From NCBI GenBank assembly GCA_017429285.1, contig JAFRPF010000016.1:27616-91615 (forward strand): DNA of 64,000 bases, written 5' to 3'. Each line of letters begins with the position of its first letter. The first letter of the stretch is position 1. Shown piece by piece: positions 59,141 through 64,000 of this stretch. A program made the translations under genes and the position numbers. The notes below the pieces were generated by a model. It was not told the DNA's origin, searched no databases, and saw only the letters and a program-made list of their open reading frames with translations. Source of the stretch: Bacilli bacterium (GTDB lineage Bacteria; Bacillota_I; Bacilli_A; RFN20; CAG-826).

Positions 59141-59329
59141 ATGGACGCTGATAAGTTAGTCGCTTTAAAAGCGAATGTCAAAAATATGAACTTTATCTCT
59201 TTAGCGGATATCAAAATGTTCTTTAATGTAAACGATAAAGAAGCTCAAGAATTATTAGATAAATTAATCCAAAGTGGATTAGTTTCTTCTTATCCGATGG
59301 ATGGGGTTCATTTTCAAGTTAAACATTAA
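59141..59329 (+). CDS. Small hypothetical protein (wHTH-like)
   Basis: RBS AGAGG; EAQELLDKLIQSGLV pattern. Confidence 0.6.
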   Translation: MDADKLVALKANVKNMNFISLADIKMFFNVNDKEAQELLDKLIQSGLVSSYPMDGVHFQVKH

Positions 59330-59371
59330 TTTATTGAATTAATTATTTATTTTCCCTAATATTATTTCGTT

Positions 59372-60460
59372 ATGGAAACTAGCGATAACAAATTCTTAAA
59401 AGCCTTAAGATATATCAAAGCTATCTTAATGAAGACCACTAATGGCATGGCTATCGGTCTTTTTGGCACTTTGATTATCGGTACTGTTATCGCCTTATTC
59501 TCTAGAATCCCTGGTCTAGAAAGAGTTAATGACTACGCGAAAATCATCCAAGGCTTAATGGGCGCGGGTATCGGTTTAGGCGTCGCTTTATCTTTAAAAA
59601 GAGATGGTGTGACGGTTGTGACTTTAATGGCGGCGGGCTTTGTGGGAAATTATATGTTTCAGTGGTTACCTAACCAAGCTATTGCCCAGTGGCAAGTTGG
59701 CTCAATCGGTGATCCATTATCTTGTTATATCTCCGTTATGCTAGCGGCGATAGTGCTTAAATATGTGATGAGAAAAAAGACCCCGGTGGATTTATTATTA
59801 ATCCCACTTGTGGGACTAATAACCGCGATGACTTATTCCTTCTTATTAGCGGAATGGGTCCATTATATTACCATCGGTATCCAATTAGTCATCGAATCAA
59901 GCTTTAAAGCGATTCCATTTATCATGTGTATTATTATTTCTACCCTTATGGGTATGGCTCTTACCGCTCCGATATCTTCTGTGGCTATTTGTGTGGCGAT
60001 AAATATCGGTAGTGTTCCAATGGCCGCAGCAGCGGCATTAATTGGTTGTATCACTCAAATGGTGGGCTTTGCGGTTCATACCGCTAGAGACAATAAATGG
60101 GGTAGTGTAATCGCAGTCGGTATCGGTACATCGATGTTACAGTTTAAAAACATTTTAAGAAAGCCGTTAATCTGGGTTCCTACTATAGTAGTTTCCGCAT
60201 TACTTGGTCCTTTAGCGATGCTATTCCCATATGATAAATTAGTAAATTCTACTGGTTTATCTGTCGGTGCTGGTATGGGGACATGTGGACTTGTCGGACC
60301 ACTTAATTTCTTCGATGCCTTTAATTATCATTATTTAGTTATTATCTTAGTTATTTCTATTATTATAGGTTCAGGCTTATTAGTGTTTTTAATCGATCTA
60401 TTATTTAGAAAACTAAAATGGATTGAAAAAGAAGATTTTTCCTTATCCAACAATTTGTAA
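59372..60460 (+). CDS. PTS EIIC-like membrane protein (PTS_EIIC_2 family)
   Basis: NGMAIGLFGTLIIG, TAPISSVAI, GIGTSMLQF.NI, GMGTCGLVGP. Confidence 0.85.
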   Translation: METSDNKFLKALRYIKAILMKTTNGMAIGLFGTLIIGTVIALFSRIPGLERVNDYAKIIQGLMGAGIGLGVALSLKRDGVTVVTLMAAGFVGNYMFQWLPNQAIAQWQVGSIGDPLSCYISVMLAAIVLKYVMRKKTPVDLLLIPLVGLITAMTYSFLLAEWVHYITIGIQLVIESSFKAIPFIMCIIISTLMGMALTAPISSVAICVAINIGSVPMAAAAALIGCITQMVGFAVHTARDNKWGSVIAVGIGTSMLQFKNILRKPLIWVPTIVVSALLGPLAMLFPYDKLVNSTGLSVGAGMGTCGLVGPLNFFDAFNYHYLVIILVISIIIGSGLLVFLIDLLFRKLKWIEKEDFSLSNNL

Positions 60461-60501
60461 TTATTCTTGAATAAATCCATCTTCTTTTATATTATTTAGT
60501 T

Positions 60502-60666
60502 AGAGGATACACCCTCTTACTATTTAGCGCAGTCTAACTAACATACAGCTAATAGTAACGCGACGATTATCAAAACGGTAATCGTTTTTCTAAAAGAGCG
60601 CATTTTCTCATCACCTCCCAGCGAGTGTGAAGCAACAAGAGGGATGTATCCCTGCCCTTAAGGGCG
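60502..60666 (+). ncRNA. ssrS: Probable 6S RNA
   Basis: Promoter TTGAAT-17-TATTAT; closing stem GGATACACCCTCTT/AAGAGGGATGTATCC; apical stem ACGATTATC/GGTAATCGT; CACCT...AGCGAGT...GCAAC motif as in Bacillota 6S RNAs. Confidence 0.65.
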
Positions 60667-60796
60667 ATTACAAAATTACATATTTTAAATATTTAATCAA
60701 TAGATCTGAATAAAGTTTGAGACTTTTGACGATATTTCTTCTTTACACCTAAATATTGGGTGTTTTTTATTTATAAATGTTTTAAAATAATGGAGT

Positions 60797-61597
60797 ATGA
60801 AAAAGAAGCTTGTCATCTTTGACATGGATGGCACAATCTATTTAGGTAAAAATCTTTTTGATGGGGCGTTAGAAACCTTTGATTTTTTAAATAAAAACAA
60901 TATCGACTACGTCTTTTTTACTAACAATTCATCCCATGACTTAGAGTTTTATTATCAAAAGATGTCTAACTTCGGGATTAAATGTGATTTAAAGAAGAAT
61001 TTTTATTCTTCTACAGAAGTGACTATCTCTCATTTATTATCTTTAGGACTGAAAGATATTTATGTGATTGGTAATAAATGTCTTAAAGACAAATTAGCGA
61101 AACACTTTAATTTAGTTAATAGATATGAAAAAGGTCGAAAGATCGATGCTGTAATTGCGGGATTTTCCACTGAGTTAACATATCAAGAATTACAAGACGG
61201 ATGTTTATATTTAGAAACAAATGATTGTTTATTTATTGCCACTAACGGTGATTTTAGATGTCCAATAGAAGATGGCTTATATATCCCTGATTGTGGGGGA
61301 ATGTGTGAATGGATTTATCGCTCCACTGGTAAAAAAGCCACAGTGATGGGGAAACCAAATCCAGAAATAATTTATTATTTAGCCAAACAATTTAATGTTC
61401 ATTTAGATGAAGTGATCGCTATTGGTGATCGTCTATATACCGATATCGAAGTGGCGGTAAGGGCAAAAGTGGATTCTATCGCGGTATTATCTGGAGAATC
61501 TTCTTTAGAAGATATCAAAAACTATCCACATCAACCAACTTATATATTAAATTCGATTAAAGAATTACCAAAATTATTATTAGAAGAGGGTGAATAA
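60797..61597 (+). CDS. HAD-IIA (NagD-like) hydrolase
   Basis: FDMDGTIY, TNNS, MGKPNP, IGDRLYTDI. Confidence 0.92.
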   Translation: MKKKLVIFDMDGTIYLGKNLFDGALETFDFLNKNNIDYVFFTNNSSHDLEFYYQKMSNFGIKCDLKKNFYSSTEVTISHLLSLGLKDIYVIGNKCLKDKLAKHFNLVNRYEKGRKIDAVIAGFSTELTYQELQDGCLYLETNDCLFIATNGDFRCPIEDGLYIPDCGGMCEWIYRSTGKKATVMGKPNPEIIYYLAKQFNVHLDEVIAIGDRLYTDIEVAVRAKVDSIAVLSGESSLEDIKNYPHQPTYILNSIKELPKLLLEEGE

Positions 61598-61598
61598 T

Positions 61599-63026
61599 AT
61601 GGAAACTTCTACTAGTAGGAAGCCTTTTAAGCTCAATTATAAGAGAACATTATTAATCGGTTTCGCCTTTTTTGGCATCTTGCTTTTATGGCAAGTCTAT
61701 GATTCATGGTGTCCAACTTTTTTAAGTGAACTATTCATGAAATCATTTAATATTAGCGATGAGAAACAAGTGCAATATCTTGTTGGTATCATGATGGCTA
61801 TCGATAATGTAGCTGCGTTAATCCTTTTGCCAATATTTGGTCGTTTATCTGATAAAACTAGAACTCCAATTGGTAAACGTATGCCTTATATTTTAGTGGG
61901 TACCGCCTTATGTGCGATTACCTTCCCATTCATTCCAGTTTTATTCCATTTACATGACACAGTTGGCGTTATCGTTTTTATGGCAGTGGTCGTCTTATTT
62001 GCGATGATGTATCGTAATCCAGCGGTGGCTTTAATGCCTGATATCACACCAAAACCTTTACGTAGTAAAGCTAATGGTTTAATCAATATTATGGGTTATA
62101 TAGGTGGTGCTTTTGGCACAGCGATTGGTATCTTCTTTGTTCTATCCGAATACTTAGGAAAAACTTTAGATAAAAATGGTAATTATACCTGGGCTTATAA
62201 CAACATTTGGGCGATTGAAATCCCCTTCTTATTAGCTTCTGTTTTAATGGTTATTTCCGCGATTGTTTTATTCTTTAGCGTCAAAGAAAATGAAATTGAA
62301 GCGGAGATGAAAGAAGAGATGGAAAGAGGCGAAGAAGAAGCCGAAGTCGTCGATAAAGTGAGCGAAGATAAACCAATTAGCAAAGCTAACTTAACGATGT
62401 TAATTCTTATCTTAGTGGCCGAATTCTTCTGGTTTATGGCCGATAATGGTATCGCCACTTTCATGGGTAACTACACAATTTATTTCTTAGGCGCTTCTAC
62501 GAAGAAACATATGGTTAACACCATTGTTGGTGGTGTCGGTAGTGTGATCGGTTTCGCCTTAGGTGGCATTATCGCTAGTAAGATTGGTCGTAAATGGACC
62601 TTATTTGGTGGACTAGGATTATCATTCTTATCATATTTAATTTGGGCTGTTCTCACCTTTGGTCTTAAAGGTTTAGCAGGTAGTGGAACCTTCCCAATAT
62701 GGATATATGGCATTTGGTTTATAAAAGGATTCGGTATGTCCTTAGTTCACGTTAATTCCTATCCGATGGTTGTGGAATTATGTCCAAATAGTAGAATTGG
62801 TCGTTATACCGGTTATTATTATGCTTCCTCAATGGCCGCTCAAACCATTACTCCAATCGCTTTAGGTACCTTATTATTAGTACCTCATTTATCTTGGGAA
62901 TATTTACCAGTTTATGGCGGTATCTGTTTATTAATCGCCGGAATCGTCTTCTTCTTTGTGAAGAATGTCAAAACCACAAAAACATCCTTTAAAGTGGGCT
63001 TAGAGGCTTTAGATAACGATGAATAA
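61599..63026 (+). CDS. MFS transporter (SLC45/GPH-like)
   Basis: GRLSDKTRTPIGKRMPYI, ALMPDITP..RSKANG, TGYYY. Confidence 0.88.
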   Translation: METSTSRKPFKLNYKRTLLIGFAFFGILLLWQVYDSWCPTFLSELFMKSFNISDEKQVQYLVGIMMAIDNVAALILLPIFGRLSDKTRTPIGKRMPYILVGTALCAITFPFIPVLFHLHDTVGVIVFMAVVVLFAMMYRNPAVALMPDITPKPLRSKANGLINIMGYIGGAFGTAIGIFFVLSEYLGKTLDKNGNYTWAYNNIWAIEIPFLLASVLMVISAIVLFFSVKENEIEAEMKEEMERGEEEAEVVDKVSEDKPISKANLTMLILILVAEFFWFMADNGIATFMGNYTIYFLGASTKKHMVNTIVGGVGSVIGFALGGIIASKIGRKWTLFGGLGLSFLSYLIWAVLTFGLKGLAGSGTFPIWIYGIWFIKGFGMSLVHVNSYPMVVELCPNSRIGRYTGYYYASSMAAQTITPIALGTLLLVPHLSWEYLPVYGGICLLIAGIVFFFVKNVKTTKTSFKVGLEALDNDE

Positions 63027-63753
63027 AACAAAAGTTCTTTCTAAACTAAATCCTTTATTATTAAAAGGAATAGCCCATAGGGGCTATCATAATGACCGTT
63101 ATACCGAAAACGGGATGAATGCTTTCCTTTTAGCGGTCAGAAATAATCTACCGATTGAATTAGATATTCATTTAACTAAAGATCACGAATTAGTGGTCTG
63201 TCACGATGAAGATTTAAAAAGAACCACTGGTAAAAGTGGTATTATCGAAGATTTAACTTTAAAAGAAATTAAAGATAATTATCGCTTATTAGATGGAGGA
63301 GAAGTTCCCACATTTATCGAAGTATTAGAAGCGGTAGATGAAAAGGTACCTCTTGTCGTCGAATTAAAGGTTTTCCGTAAAAACTATAAACCTCTTTCAA
63401 AGAAAGTCATCGAAGTGATGAAACAAAGGGTGAAAGATAAAAGAAATTATATGTTAATCTCTTTTGATCCACGTAGCTTATGGCCTTTAAAGAAATTAGG
63501 TATTATCCGTAGCTTACTTGTGGCTAAGAGTCATGAATATACCTATAACTACTTTAGACACACCGTGGAAAGTATCGATATTGAACAAGTACTCTTAGAA
63601 GAAAAAAGAATTCAAAAATATCATAAGCGTCATCTAGTTAATGTCTGGACGATAGAAAACGAAGAACAACTTGATAAAGTATTACCTTATGTTGATACAG
63701 TAACCTTCCAGCATATGGATGCGGAACTAGTGAAGAATAAGCTATCTAGATAA
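63019..63753 (+). CDS. Glycerophosphodiester phosphodiesterase
   Basis: IAHRG, ENGMNAF, IELDIHLTKD, VCHDEDLKR, VELK, NVWT. Confidence 0.92.
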   Translation: MNKTKVLSKLNPLLLKGIAHRGYHNDRYTENGMNAFLLAVRNNLPIELDIHLTKDHELVVCHDEDLKRTTGKSGIIEDLTLKEIKDNYRLLDGGEVPTFIEVLEAVDEKVPLVVELKVFRKNYKPLSKKVIEVMKQRVKDKRNYMLISFDPRSLWPLKKLGIIRSLLVAKSHEYTYNYFRHTVESIDIEQVLLEEKRIQKYHKRHLVNVWTIENEEQLDKVLPYVDTVTFQHMDAELVKNKLSR

Positions 63754-63769
63754 TTATTACAAAGTAATA

Positions 63770-63795
63770 AAAAGACCATCGCGTGATGGTCTTTC
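63770..63795. terminator. Terminator between convergent genes
   Basis: AAAGACCATC-GCGT-GATGGTCTTT. Confidence 0.75.
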
Positions 63796-63801
63796 ATGTT
63801 A

Positions 63802-64000
63802 TTAGAGCAAAGCAACAATCTTACTTTCGAACTCGCTTGGCTTTTGAGTGGGTTCGAATCTATCGATGACATTACCTTCTTTGTCCACTAAGAATTTGGT
63901 GAAGTTCCATTTGATGTTTTTACCTTTTCTCACTGGGCAACTTTCTTTTAAGAAAGCATATAAAGGATGCTGGTTTTTACCGTTGACATCAATTTTCGCA
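63802..64000 (-). CDS. Glutathione peroxidase, C-terminal part (not in the ORF track; 5' end outside the window)
   Basis: My translation: [18 protein letters not shown]...[22 protein letters not shown]...VALL*. Confidence 0.9.
   Translation of the reverse strand, partial: AKIDVNGKNQHPLYAFLKESCPVRKGKNIKWNFTKFLVDKEGNVIDRFEPTQKPSEFESKIVALL

Overview
A low-GC Bacillota (Bacilli/Mollicutes-like) chromosomal window using the standard code (TGA is a stop). 1-29 kb is core genome: maltodextrin-type ABC permeases, glgB-glgP, pheST, a minimal division cluster (mraZ-rsmH-two small membrane ORFs-ftsA-ftsZ, with no mur/pbp genes), ileS-lspA-rluD, rnhC, mutS2, uvrC and tRNA-Arg(TCT). Directly after the tRNA is an accessory island (~29.2-40.4 kb). 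It opens with prophage and recombinase remnants, followed by an ordered array of co-oriented cargo units: XRE; AlbA/HATPase/wHTH plus PRiA4b; RhuM; MBG lipoprotein; KilA-N, PLD-like and HTH-Vat; lipoprotein. Five consecutive units end in a related transposon-end-like site (...TACAnnRAGACA) followed 10-13 nt later by a terminator, with no opposite ends and no transposase in the window. Next come a BMP/nucleoside ABC transporter and surface-protein genes. One 991-aa Ig-like surface protein has a CIRCE-like operator, a (TTC)7 tract between its -35 and -10 boxes (predicted phase switch), and long, densely structured 5' and 3' flanks. The right end is housekeeping: degV, a COG0523 GTPase, CIRCE-controlled short clpB, a PTS EIIC-like protein, a probable 6S RNA, HAD-MFS-GDPD, and a partial glutathione peroxidase. 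All product calls come from motif recognition by eye; no database searches were run.
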